IMG/VR virus record: IMGVR_UViG_3300037499_000135 | Location: 5,056-69,055 of that record | Direction: 5' to 3' (one strand) | Origin: a virus | Taxonomy: Duplodnaviria > Caudoviricetes | Length of the DNA: 64,000 bases | Shown: positions 8,924-17,451 of the stretch, piece by piece | Numbering within the stretch: the first letter of the stretch is position 1 | How the letters are laid out: each line of letters begins with the position of its first letter | Notes under the pieces: model-generated | The model's database searches: none | Told to the model about the DNA's origin: nothing | What the model saw: the letters and a program-made list of their open reading frames with translations, nothing else | Made by a program: the position numbers and the translations under genes

Positions 8924-9576
8924 CAGTGCCGTCCGCTTCCCTCGTACTTCAGCCACGCGTTCGCCAGATGCGTACCCGGCAGGCTGGTGGGCTTCAGCTT
9001 CGCCGTCCGCAGCACGTACGGCTGCGACACCTGATCCCGCGCCGAACCGCCCGCCACCTCCTTGGCCCACGCCGCACCCATCCGCCGCACCGCCGCCGTA
9101 TGCCGACGGGCGATCACACCCGACGCCCACAACCCCCAACCCACCGGATGCCCCGCCTCCCTGTACCGGGCCGTCTGCCACCCCGCCACACCCTCCGGAT
9201 CTTTGCCGAGCGCGGCGATCTCCACCGCCTCCGCGAACAGGCAGTCCCGCCACGGATGCACGAACTGCGCGATCGGCTTCGCCAAGGCCAGCGCCTCGGC
9301 CGCGAAGTCCGGGGAGACGACACGAAACGAAGCATCGATCCAGATGCTGGCGGGCGCGTCCGTGTACTTCCACGGCTCGAACTTCGCCGCCTTCGCCGCA
9401 CGATTCGGCGGCACATCCGGACGCGGCTCATGCACGACGCGCCACCCCATGGCGTCTGCGGGCTGCGTGTCGGTGACGAACACCCACTCCACCTCCACAC
9501 CAGCCTGCGCCAACACCGGCTTCACCGTGTCGTAGGCGTCATAACACGCGGTCACAATCGCGACATCAGCGGGCAT
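8923..9576 (-). CDS. DUF616/TOD1-MUCI70-like glycosyltransferase
   Basis: VTACYDAYD, FVTD, AKAAKFEP, IWIDAS, HPWRDCLFAEA, RDQVSQPY motifs. Confidence 0.75.
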   Translation of the reverse strand: MPADVAIVTACYDAYDTVKPVLAQAGVEVEWVFVTDTQPADAMGWRVVHEPRPDVPPNRAAKAAKFEPWKYTDAPASIWIDASFRVVSPDFAAEALALAKPIAQFVHPWRDCLFAEAVEIAALGKDPEGVAGWQTARYREAGHPVGWGLWASGVIARRHTAAVRRMGAAWAKEVAGGSARDQVSQPYVLRTAKLKPTSLPGTHLANAWLKYEGSGRH

Positions 9577-10381
9577 CGCGGTACCACCTCACCGTCTCAG
9601 CAACCCGATCCCACGAGAATTCGGGCTTCCAGTCCAACCGGTCCCAGCCCTCACCATTCGCCGTGATCTGCACGGGTACTTCACCCGCACGCATCGGCAG
9701 ATACTCGATACCCGCCTTCGACCCAGTCTCCTTCAGCACGAACTCCGCCAACTGGTTCACGGTCACCGCAGTACCGGTGCCGGCGTCGAACGTCTCGTCA
9801 TCCCCATATCCGGTGGCTTCGACGAGCATCCGGCCCACATCGTCGGCCTGGACGAGGTCCATGGCCTGAGTGCCGTCACCCCAGATGGGCAGGGGCCGGT
9901 TCTCCCATGCTGCGCGGGCGAAGGTGGGGAGGATCTTCTGCGGGTGGCCGGGCCCGTAGTGCTGGTACGGGCCGTAGCCGTTGAAGGCGCGGACGGTGGA
10001 CACGGGCAGCCCATATGCGTGATGCCACGCTGTTGTGAGCCTGCGGGCGGCGACCTTCGTCGCGGTGTACACCGACGGGAACGGGTCCGGCATCGACACC
10101 CCGACATAGCGGGCGCCACGATCCTGGCACCACTCCAGGATACGGAGCGTACCGATGACGTTGACCTGGATGGCCGTCTCCGGCATGTCGAACAGTTCGC
10201 TGGTGCCGAGGACTCCGGCGAGGTGTATGACGGTGTCGGCGTCGCCGAGCGCGTCCAACGAGCCGAGAATGTCGAGACCTTGGGTGCGGTCGAACGCCCA
10301 CACCTCATGCCCCGCCTGCTCGGCGGCTTCGATGGTGGCGCGGCCGAAGAACCCGGCACCACCGGTTACTGCAATCTTCAA
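9566..10381 (-). CDS. NAD-dependent sugar epimerase/dehydratase (extended SDR)
   Basis: TGGAGFFG Rossmann motif, YTATK (YxxxK), FNGYGP, GDGTQ..D; TTG start at 10381 with AAGGAG SD. Confidence 0.9.
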   Translation of the reverse strand: MKIAVTGGAGFFGRATIEAAEQAGHEVWAFDRTQGLDILGSLDALGDADTVIHLAGVLGTSELFDMPETAIQVNVIGTLRILEWCQDRGARYVGVSMPDPFPSVYTATKVAARRLTTAWHHAYGLPVSTVRAFNGYGPYQHYGPGHPQKILPTFARAAWENRPLPIWGDGTQAMDLVQADDVGRMLVEATGYGDDETFDAGTGTAVTVNQLAEFVLKETGSKAGIEYLPMRAGEVPVQITANGEGWDRLDWKPEFSWDRVAETVRWYRDAR

Positions 10382-10398
10382 CGGTTTCTCCTTGCTGC

Positions 10399-11076
10399 TC
10401 ACCACGGAGTGCGGCCCCACTTCGCCTTGAAGGTCTCGCGGTCACGGCCCGCCTGCGTCTTGAGCTCCGGCCGTTCGTACATCGAGCCGTTGGGACAGCG
10501 GTGCTCGACGGCCAGGCCGGGGACGAGGAGGGCGCCGCCGCGCTCACGGGCGGTCCAGTCGAGGCTGTCGTCGCCGTACCACCACGCAAGGTCCTCGTCG
10601 AGGCGCAGCCCGGTCTCGCCGCGCAGCAGGTACGCGTAGCCCGTGATCCGCGTCCGCAGGTCCACCGGTTCGGCCTTCGTGTGGAGGATCTGGCGCCGTC
10701 CGCCGTGCTGGTCGGGGTAGGCGAGGACCGCGGGCCCGGCCCGCATGGCCGTCGACAGACCTTCGATCCAGCCGGGCGGCACGGTCACATCACTGTTGAG
10801 GACGGCGATGTCCCACCGGTCGGCTTCGTGCTGGTGGGCTTGTGCGTCGGCGAGGGCGAGCCCGACGTTCCACAGCGTCGAGATGTTCGGCGGGTCGATC
10901 GGCAGTGACACCACACCGACCTTGCCGTGCCACGGCTCGGGGTCGATCGGCGGCGACGACAGGTTGTCGATGACGATGACCCGGTCGACCTGGTCGACGA
11001 TCGAGTTGATGCAGTCCGCGAGCATGTCGTGCCGATCCCGCGTCGGGATGACGGCAGCCTGGAAGAGGTCACCCAT
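10399..11076 (-). CDS. GT-A (GT2-like) glycosyltransferase
   Basis: AVIPTRDR, IVIDN, LNSDV, WYGDD motifs. Confidence 0.8.
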   Translation of the reverse strand: MGDLFQAAVIPTRDRHDMLADCINSIVDQVDRVIVIDNLSSPPIDPEPWHGKVGVVSLPIDPPNISTLWNVGLALADAQAHQHEADRWDIAVLNSDVTVPPGWIEGLSTAMRAGPAVLAYPDQHGGRRQILHTKAEPVDLRTRITGYAYLLRGETGLRLDEDLAWWYGDDSLDWTARERGGALLVPGLAVEHRCPNGSMYERPELKTQAGRDRETFKAKWGRTPW

Positions 11077-11293
11077 CAGAAGGCTCCTGGAGGGCCGTAC
11101 GCAGGACATCCCCGATCTCCAGTAGCGCCTGAGCTACTGCGATGGTGGCAAGCGCCTGCGCCTGAGCAGCGTTGACCTTCGCGTCCTCGACCAGCGGCCG
11201 CTCCGGCAGCGCGTTCAGGACCTCCGCGGCTTGGTCGAGGGTGCGCCCGGCCATCTGTCGGTAGGGCGACGGGCGCGCCTCGGGGGCGCTCAC
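11069..11293 (-). CDS. Small hypothetical protein
   Basis: GTG at 11293 overlaps dehydratase stop (alternative ATG 11254); AQAQALATIAVAQALL helix. Confidence 0.6.
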   Translation of the reverse strand: MSAPEARPSPYRQMAGRTLDQAAEVLNALPERPLVEDAKVNAAQAQALATIAVAQALLEIGDVLRTALQEPSDG

Positions 11294-12318
11294 GCGGTGA
11301 GCCACTGCGGGTTGTCCGCGTACCACTTCACGATGTCCGCGAGGGTCTCGTCGAGTGGGCGTGGTCCGGGCCAGCCAAGCTCGGCGAGCTTCGACCCGTC
11401 GAGCGCGTATCGGTGGTCGTGGCCTGGGCGCTGCCCGTGATAGTCCACCAGCTCGAAGTTGAGGGTGCGGCCGGCCGCCGCTGCCATGCGCTGCGCAACG
11501 TCGAGGTTCGTCGCCTCCTCGCCGACGATGTTGTAGCGCAGGGGGCCGGTCGGCATCGTCGGGTAGTACGTCAGCCGCTCGTCGCCATCGAAGTGCCGGG
11601 TGAGCCACAGCCACGCTGCGGCGAAGTCGCGGGCGTCGACCCAGCAGCGCGACCCGGAGACACCGTCGGGGGAAGCGTGGACGGTGAGCGTCTCGCCGGG
11701 ACCGCCGTAGATGGCGCGGGCGATCTTCGGAATGAACTTCTCCGACGCTTGAGGCGCGGGTGCGAGGAGGTTCATCGTGTTCGTCACGATCAAAGGCACG
11801 CCCAGCGCGCGCCAGTAGCTGTAGGCGATTGCCTCCTGCGCCGCCTTCGACGCGGCGTACGGGTTGGAGGGGCGGATGCTGTCCCACTCGTGGTGCCGGT
11901 AGTTCTCGGCGGCGGGCCCGAACACTTCGTCGGTCGACATCTGCAGGAACAGCCGCGGCTTCGCCAGGCGGGCGTACTCCAGCATGTTCAGCTGGAGTTC
12001 GACGTTGTTCCGCACGAACGGCACCGGGTCCGTGAGGGAGCGGTCGACGTGGGACTCGGAGGCGATGTTCCACACGTAGTCGACGGGCCCGATCTGCTCG
12101 GCGAGGACCGGCGTGATCGGCAACGCCAAGTCGTGGGCGATGACGTCCACCCGCGCGCGGGCATCAGGCTGTGCGTCGAGGACGGCGTTGATGCGGGCCC
12201 CGTCGCCGTGGTGCCGGTACGACACCGGACACGTCACGTGCCAGTCCGTGTTGGCGAGCACATGCGCGAGGACAGTCGACCCGACGAACCCGGACGCCCC
12301 GGTGAGCAGCAGTCTCAT
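11290..12318 (-). CDS. rmlB: dTDP-glucose 4,6-dehydratase (RmlB-like)
   Basis: TGASGFVG, ASESHVDRS, STDEVFG, PSNPYAASKA, EKFIP, RPGHDHRYA: the RmlB signature set. Confidence 0.88.
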   Translation of the reverse strand: MRLLLTGASGFVGSTVLAHVLANTDWHVTCPVSYRHHGDGARINAVLDAQPDARARVDVIAHDLALPITPVLAEQIGPVDYVWNIASESHVDRSLTDPVPFVRNNVELQLNMLEYARLAKPRLFLQMSTDEVFGPAAENYRHHEWDSIRPSNPYAASKAAQEAIAYSYWRALGVPLIVTNTMNLLAPAPQASEKFIPKIARAIYGGPGETLTVHASPDGVSGSRCWVDARDFAAAWLWLTRHFDGDERLTYYPTMPTGPLRYNIVGEEATNLDVAQRMAAAAGRTLNFELVDYHGQRPGHDHRYALDGSKLAELGWPGPRPLDETLADIVKWYADNPQWLTA

Positions 12319-12365
12319 GCGCGGCAGGATGCCAGCGGATCCGTGATGGTCATTCCGGGGTGGGG

Positions 12366-12923
12366 TCAGGCCCCGGCAGCAGCCTCGCCGGCACCGAGGA
12401 GATGCTGCTGCGCGGCGCCGAGCGCCGCCACCCGCTGATCGTGGCTGAGCTCCAGCGAGTCCAACGCGGCACCGAGCGCGGTAGCGACAAGCTCACCTTC
12501 GAGGTCCAGGCGTCGTTCCAAGGCCACCATCACTCCAGCGTCTACAGCCTGTTTCGCGGTGGTGGCGGCGAGTTTGCGTTCCTCGCGGGACTGCCGCAGC
12601 CACGGCAGCATCCCGTCTGGCGGCTTCAGCGGATCCCCGCCAGCCTCGACGTGCTCGCGCATGGCGTTCACGATGACGGTGTCGGTCCATGCCGCGCGCG
12701 CGGCTGCCGTGCGTACAAGGCCGAGCAGCGCCTCATGCGGGGTGACGTTCCGTTCTGCTGCGATTTCTTGTGCCATGGCCCATGCCTCCTCGACGTGCTT
12801 CTGTCCGCCGCGATGCCAGATGCAGGTTCCGTACCCGGGGTGCGTGGTTCCTTGTCCGGCGGGTTTGTCGCACATGCGGCCGTTGAGGTTGCGGGCGGGG
12901 CAGCGCGCCGGGTAGGCGGTCAT
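12366..12923 (-). CDS. Probable terminase small subunit
   Basis: N-terminal C..C.KPAG.GT.H.G.G.C.WH.G zinc/HGG-type motif plus helical body; first gene of the packaging operon. Confidence 0.6.
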   Translation of the reverse strand: MTAYPARCPARNLNGRMCDKPAGQGTTHPGYGTCIWHRGGQKHVEEAWAMAQEIAAERNVTPHEALLGLVRTAAARAAWTDTVIVNAMREHVEAGGDPLKPPDGMLPWLRQSREERKLAATTAKQAVDAGVMVALERRLDLEGELVATALGAALDSLELSHDQRVAALGAAQQHLLGAGEAAAGA

Positions 12924-12965
12924 GGGGTGATTGTGGCGCGGCGCACGCCCGTGATCTTCCGGCGG

Positions 12966-13157
12966 CTACTTCTCGATGTCGTCCACGATGATTCCGATGG
13001 TGGGATTTTCGGGATGTTCGAGATTCCACTCGACGTCGATCACACGTCCCTTGCCATCCCCATCGATGATCGTGTCACCGACCCGAGGGACTGCGGGCAG
13101 ATGTACCTCGTACTGACCGTCTCGCCAGAACACCACTACTTTGACAAGGTTTCCCAC
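12966..13157 (-). CDS. Hypothetical protein
   Basis: 63 aa, GGAG SD upstream, PAVPRVGDTI segment. Confidence 0.6.
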   Translation of the reverse strand: MGNLVKVVVFWRDGQYEVHLPAVPRVGDTIIDGDGKGRVIDVEWNLEHPENPTIGIIVDDIEK

Positions 13158-13240
13158 GGTTCTCCCCTAGATGAGTGGCGGCTTAGTCAGAGTATCGGGA
13201 TGGCCCGCTCCCAGCGCGGGCCTTCGTCATGCCGTGAGGG

Positions 13241-13453
13241 TCAGGCGTCGGAGATGTCGGCGGCGGTCACGGTTTCGAAGTGCCACCAGCGTCCGCCCTC
13301 CCACTGCATGACCTTCGCGGTGTCGGCGCCGGAGCGGAGGGCGGCTCGCACGTGGGCGAACGCCTTGGCTTCGCTGGTGTGGCCGATTTCGGCGAGTTGG
13401 ATTCCGTTCTGGGTGAGGATCACGCGCCAGGGCTTGCGGGGCTTCGTGGTCAT
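13241..13453 (-). CDS. Hypothetical protein
   Basis: ATGA coupling with upstream gene. Confidence 0.65.
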   Translation of the reverse strand: MTTKPRKPWRVILTQNGIQLAEIGHTSEAKAFAHVRAALRSGADTAKVMQWEGGRWWHFETVTAADISDA

Positions 13454-13890
13454 GAGGTTGGCCCTCCAGTGATGTCGGCACGATTGCGGGTGATCTTGTC
13501 GATGGCGGTACAGGCGTCCGGTCCGGGGCTTCGGGTCTCGCGCACGCCGTGAGCGGCAGCCTCAGCACCGGACGGGAACAGCGGCACCAGGGAGACGTAG
13601 TCACGGATCGCGTCGGCGGTCTCCACTGTGATCTCCCCAGACGACACGGCAACCCGGGGCGCCAGGAGGTGATCGCCGTCGTGGCATCCGGCCCAGCCGC
13701 CGCAGATACGGGCACGGTCGTCGTCGCGGTCGTGCTGGTGGCAGAGGAACAGTCGGGTGGGCTGGGCGTAGGTCGGTTCGTCGTAGGCGGTGAGCTTGGC
13801 GTATTCGCTGGCGTCCCAGATGCCGGAGGGGACGTCCTGCCTGTATGGGCACGACCCGCAGGGGCGCGGTGCGGGCGGGCGGACGCTCAT
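13450..13890 (-). CDS. DUF6283-like Cys-rich protein
   Basis: PCGSCPYRQDVPSGIW...FLCHQ...CGGWAGCH pattern. Confidence 0.65.
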   Translation of the reverse strand: MSVRPPAPRPCGSCPYRQDVPSGIWDASEYAKLTAYDEPTYAQPTRLFLCHQHDRDDDRARICGGWAGCHDGDHLLAPRVAVSSGEITVETADAIRDYVSLVPLFPSGAEAAAHGVRETRSPGPDACTAIDKITRNRADITGGPTS

Positions 13891-13898
13891 GGGGTTGA

Positions 13899-14038
13899 TC
13901 CTGTCGTGTCGGGCGGTCAGAAGTTCGGGCAGTGGACGTGGTGGCCGTTGGTGGAGTAGCAGTACTGGCAGCGGTTGACGAGGGCGGCGATAGCGGCGAT
14001 GGCGAGTCGCATAGGGGTTCTCCTGTCGTGTCGGGCGG
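13899..14038 (-). repeat. 18-bp direct repeat TCCTGTCGTGTCGGGCGG (13899-13916, 14021-14038) containing the SD
   Basis: Exact repeat read from sequence; the minus strand reads CCGCCCGACACGACAGGA ahead of two consecutive start codons. Confidence 0.85.
13917..14012 (-). CDS. 31-aa micro-protein MRLAIAAIAALVNRCQYCYSTNGHHVHCPNF
   Basis: AGGAG SD 7-8 nt upstream of ATG; fills the gap between the repeats exactly. Confidence 0.55.
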   Translation of the reverse strand: MRLAIAAIAALVNRCQYCYSTNGHHVHCPNF

Positions 14039-14055
14039 AACGGGGGGCGTGGGGA

Positions 14056-14550
14056 TCAGGGCTGCGGGCTGTCCTCCCAGCCCTTGGCGACGTCCAGGGC
14101 GCGGCGGAGCGCCGACGCCAGCGGCAGGCGCTGCGCCTCCGGCAGGGTGATCGACGCCGCCGTGATGCCGCCGTGCCCGTCGTCCTCCAACGCGGTCAGG
14201 GCAAACCCGTCCTGCATCGGGTTGAGAGCCAGCCCGTACAGGTCACCCAGCCAGGTTCCGATGCGGCCCTTCTCGGTGCCGTCCGGCCAGTGCGGCTGGT
14301 GCTCCCAGTGTCCGGTGACCGGCTCGGCGAGCGCGGTGATGAGCGCGGGCAGGTCGGTGGTGGTGATGGCGGCTTCGGCGGCGTGCGTCTTGTCGCGGGT
14401 GACTCGCAGGTACACCTCGGCGCTGCCGGGCTCGGCGTGGGGGAGGCCGGCGGGGATGACGGTGAGGGTGACGCCGTCGACGCTGGTGTAGTCCCAGGGT
14501 TGGGGGGTGAGTTCGGCGATGACCTGGTTGCAGGCGGTGTTGAAGTCCAC
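14056..14550 (-). CDS. Hypothetical protein
   Basis: GTG start with AAAGGA SD; C-terminal part of track ORF 14056..14880. Confidence 0.65.
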   Translation of the reverse strand: MDFNTACNQVIAELTPQPWDYTSVDGVTLTVIPAGLPHAEPGSAEVYLRVTRDKTHAAEAAITTTDLPALITALAEPVTGHWEHQPHWPDGTEKGRIGTWLGDLYGLALNPMQDGFALTALEDDGHGGITAASITLPEAQRLPLASALRRALDVAKGWEDSPQP

Positions 14551-14621
14551 GGGGTTCCTTTCAGACGGCGAGCGCATCCGCGAGGAGCTGGACGCGGGTG
14601 AGGGCGGGGCAGTCGACGGGG

Positions 14622-14960
14622 TCAGTGGTAGGAGTGGACGAGCGTCCAGCGGTAGCCGTCGTGCTCGTCGGCCATGTCGGAGCGCCACACGTCGATCCGG
14701 TCGGGGAGCGTCCGGAAGATGTAGACGTGCTTGCCGATGACGCGCTGGTGCGACGCCGGGTCGTAGTGCACGCCGAACGACCGCCAGTGGAGCGGGAACC
14801 CGCCGGGGGTGTTGATGGGCTTGATGGTCCAGCCCCGGCGTTCCGCCTCGGCACGGTCGACGCGGGTGCAGTTGTCGCACGCGTCGAGCGGGATGGAGCC
14901 GTCGCGGGTGAGCGCGTGGGTGGCGGGCTGCTTGCAGGTCCAGCAGAGGCGGACGGACAT
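14622..14960 (-). CDS. Hypothetical protein with CxxC...CxxC zinc motif
   Basis: AAGGAG SD before ATG 14960; LCWTC...ACDNC. Confidence 0.6.
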   Translation of the reverse strand: MSVRLCWTCKQPATHALTRDGSIPLDACDNCTRVDRAEAERRGWTIKPINTPGGFPLHWRSFGVHYDPASHQRVIGKHVYIFRTLPDRIDVWRSDMADEHDGYRWTLVHSYH

Positions 14961-15021
14961 GGACGACTCCTTGCGGTTCTGGCTGGCGGTCTGGGTCGTC
15001 TGCTGCGCCATGGAGTTGGTC

Positions 15022-15405
15022 TCAGGCGCACCTCGCGTACGTGTCGGCGAGCAGGTGCTGCGTGCCCTTGTAGCTGAACAGGCCCTCGTACAGCGCATCG
15101 TCGACGACCCCGTAGGCGTAGACGTGGATCCATTTGCCGGTGGTGCGGTGCTGCGCCCACACCCGGACGGGCTCGGTGCCGGTGGCCTTGCGGTAGGCCT
15201 TGGCGACGTGCCGGCCGAACCATGCCTTCTGGCCGTCCTTGAGGTCGCCGCCGCCGATGCGGTCCAGGAAGTCGCCGGTCCGTACGAGCCGGCCGGTTTC
15301 GACGGCTGCGGCGATGAGGCCGGAGAGGGTGCGGTAGTAGAGGGCGCGGCTGGTGTGGAGGGCGGTGCGGAGGGTGTTGCGGCGGGTGCGGGTGGCGGCA
15401 TTCAC
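15022..15405 (-). CDS. Hypothetical protein
   Basis: First gene after a clear leftward promoter; AAGGGG SD. Confidence 0.7.
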   Translation of the reverse strand: MNAATRTRRNTLRTALHTSRALYYRTLSGLIAAAVETGRLVRTGDFLDRIGGGDLKDGQKAWFGRHVAKAYRKATGTEPVRVWAQHRTTGKWIHVYAYGVVDDALYEGLFSYKGTQHLLADTYARCA

Positions 15406-15442
15406 GGTGGTCCCCCTTGGTGCGGTGTTCCTTGTGACTCAT

Positions 15443-15502
15443 AGCCTAGGCCTAGCGCGTGAGGCATGTCAACTACCCTAGGCCTGGAGTGTGAGGCATA
15501 AT
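15443..15502. promoter_or_regulatory. Divergent promoters with tandem 23-bp operator-like repeats
   Basis: Minus strand TTGACA(15472-15467)-N18-TAGGCT(15448-15443); plus strand -10 CATAAT(15497-15502) 6 nt before ATG 15509; CCTAGGCCT-N5-GTGAGGCAT at 15445-15467 and 15477-15499. Confidence 0.75.
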
Positions 15503-15508
15503 GGGGGC

Positions 15509-15703
15509 ATGGTCACCGAAGCCGAACTCAAAGCCCTCGACGAGCATTACAAGGACGCGATCAAGGCAGCCGAACGCCAGCGCGCCACCACCATCGCCCG
15601 CGCCATCGACAGCGGATGGGCACAGAAGGACGTCATTGCCGCCACCGGCTACAGCCGCGAGACCATCCGGCGTCTCACCGGAGAAGGGCGGGCGGCCCAG
15701 TGA
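15509..15703 (+). CDS. Small HTH protein (probable leaderless repressor)
   Basis: WAQKDVIAATGYSRETIRRL HTH-like segment. Confidence 0.75.
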   Translation: MVTEAELKALDEHYKDAIKAAERQRATTIARAIDSGWAQKDVIAATGYSRETIRRLTGEGRAAQ

Positions 15704-16248
15704 CTGCGCTCGCTACGCCCAACCCGAAGGTCGCCGGCTACGAGACAGCCCTCTACATCGCGTGGGGAGCCAACGAGACGCCGCTCTACATCGGCACAAC
15801 GAACAACCCCAAGACGCGCTGGCGACAGCACGCAAAGGACAAAGCGTGGTGGCCCGACGTCGAGTACCTCGACTACCGGTGGTTCCCGAACGGCACCGAA
15901 GCCGAGAAGGCCGAGCAACTCCTGATCAGCCAGCACTGTCCGATCTACAACCGCGCAATGCCGCCCTGGTACTGCGGGCTGCCGCCGGAAGGGCGCCGCG
16001 CGTGGCGTGAATGGTTCGACGGCAGGGCCAAGCTGGTATTCGAGATGCTGGAAAAGGGCGGCGACTTGGAAGCCGCTGCCGAGGCTGCCGAGTGGCACCC
16101 GCGCTACATCGTCCGATTGGGTAGGCAGCGCCATGCCCCATGGGCGATGGACTATCGAGGCAGGTATGACGACCTGCCCGCGGAGGGCTACCTGCCATTC
16201 CGACCTCGGCCGGTGCGCCCGACGACCGGCGAGGAGACCAGCGGATGA
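15700..16248 (+). CDS. GIY-YIG nuclease-fold protein
   Basis: ALYIAW...PLYIGTT...RWRQH...EQLLI...PIYN; GTGA coupling to HTH gene. Confidence 0.75.
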   Translation: MTALATPNPKVAGYETALYIAWGANETPLYIGTTNNPKTRWRQHAKDKAWWPDVEYLDYRWFPNGTEAEKAEQLLISQHCPIYNRAMPPWYCGLPPEGRRAWREWFDGRAKLVFEMLEKGGDLEAAAEAAEWHPRYIVRLGRQRHAPWAMDYRGRYDDLPAEGYLPFRPRPVRPTTGEETSG

Positions 16249-16427
16249 GCGAGCCCGTGATCCGCCGCCGCACCATTCCCGACAGCCTCCGCTACCTCGC
16301 CGACAAGTTGGAGTCCGGCACCCTCACCGACGCCGAACGCCTCGGTGTCGCGCTCGCCTTGCAGACCATCGCCGACGAAATCACCAGCGCGGGCCCGGTA
16401 CGCCCGGACGAGGAGACCACCACATGA
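16245..16427 (+). CDS. Hypothetical protein
   Basis: ATGA coupling. Confidence 0.55.
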   Translation: MSEPVIRRRTIPDSLRYLADKLESGTLTDAERLGVALALQTIADEITSAGPVRPDEETTT

Positions 16428-16633
16428 CCGCACGCCACACCGGATACATCGTCACCCTCGCCGACGACATCCGCGAAGACGACGCCGAGCACATCATGAC
16501 CGCCCTCCGCATGATCAGCGGAGTCGTATCCGTCAAGCCCGTAACCGCCGACCTCAACATGGTCATGGCGCGCGAGCAGGCCCACGCCGAGGTCCGGGAG
16601 AAGGTGCTGAAGCTATTCAAGGAACTCAGCTGA
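16424..16633 (+). CDS. Hypothetical protein (GYIVTLADDIREDDAEHIMTALRMISGVVSVKP)
   Basis: AGGAG SD, ATGA coupling. Confidence 0.65.
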   Translation: MTARHTGYIVTLADDIREDDAEHIMTALRMISGVVSVKPVTADLNMVMAREQAHAEVREKVLKLFKELS

Positions 16634-16653
16634 GCACGACCCCCGCATGACGT

Positions 16654-16680
16654 AGGCCCCGCCCGGAAGGTGCGGGGCCT
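16654..16680. terminator. Bidirectional terminator between convergent genes
   Basis: AGGCCCCGC / GCGGGGCCT 9-bp stem. Confidence 0.75.
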
Positions 16681-16692
16681 CTTCACGTCCGG

Positions 16693-17046
16693 TTACGACC
16701 GGGCGCGCGGATCGTCCGCCAACTCCAACCCATCAAGCAACGCATCCTGAAACGCCCGATTCCCCCGAGGCGGAAACTCCTCATCCGCCAACCCCAGACA
16801 CACCTCCGGCGTCCGTGGGTCGTCCGGCCACTCCCCAGCGTCGAAGTTCCAGTCCTCCCACCCGGGTGCCGCCTCGGAGACGGCGACGCTGCACAGGCGC
16901 GCCGTCTCGGCCTGGCTCAGAGACGGCGTCGCGGGCGGCGGGGTGGCTGTGACGGTGACGGTCTCCTTCTTCGGCTCCCCGCCGGAAGAACAGCCCGCCA
17001 ACGCAAGCGCGGCGACGAGTAGAGCGGCGGTGGTGGTGTGGCGCAT
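16693..17046 (-). CDS. Lipoprotein
   Basis: Signal peptide with lipobox LAGC then Thr/Pro-rich linker. Confidence 0.8.
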   Translation of the reverse strand: MRHTTTAALLVAALALAGCSSGGEPKKETVTVTATPPPATPSLSQAETARLCSVAVSEAAPGWEDWNFDAGEWPDDPRTPEVCLGLADEEFPPRGNRAFQDALLDGLELADDPRARS

Positions 17047-17115
17047 GGTCCCCCCAAGGACGTGATGGTGGCCCGGATCGTAACGCCCGGCACCGACATC
17101 ATGCGTGGGAACGGC

Positions 17116-17161
17116 GAAGGCCCCACGACGCCCGGGGGGGGGATCACGCCGTGGGGCCTTC
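17116..17161. terminator. 12-bp stem hairpin
   Basis: GAAGGCCCCACG(17116-17127) / CGTGGGGCCTTC(17150-17161). Confidence 0.65.
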
Positions 17162-17209
17162 CAGGGGTGCCGGGCGCTACCCGGCGCGCAGACTCAGTGT
17201 GGCAGGCGG

Positions 17210-17350
17210 TCAGCCCTTCGGCTTCCCGGGGACGGGCTTCGTCTCCTTCGGGTAGTAGCCGCCGCGGGACGCCTGGTAGTCGGTCACCTGCTTCTCGTCG
17301 TCCGGCACGCGGTTGGGGTCGCGGGTCGGCCAGTTCTTGGGCAGCGCCAT
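17210..17350 (-). CDS. 46-aa small protein (MALPKNWPTRDPNRVPDDEK...)
   Basis: AGGAG SD upstream; below ORF-track cutoff. Confidence 0.5.
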   Translation of the reverse strand: MALPKNWPTRDPNRVPDDEKQVTDYQASRGGYYPKETKPVPGKPKG

Positions 17351-17451
17351 GATGAGGCTCCTGTCTCGAGCGAATCGGGATGGGTGGAACCGGGGCGTGG
17401 CCGCGCTCTCTTGGCGGATGGAGCGGCCCGCCCCGGGGCTTTGTGGATGGG

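Noticed and set aside
11069-13472. Overlapping ORFs 11069..12073, 11413..12438 and 12360..13472
   Set aside because: Off-frame or antisense to rmlB and terS-like genes; only the last about 74 codons of 11069..12073 look real.
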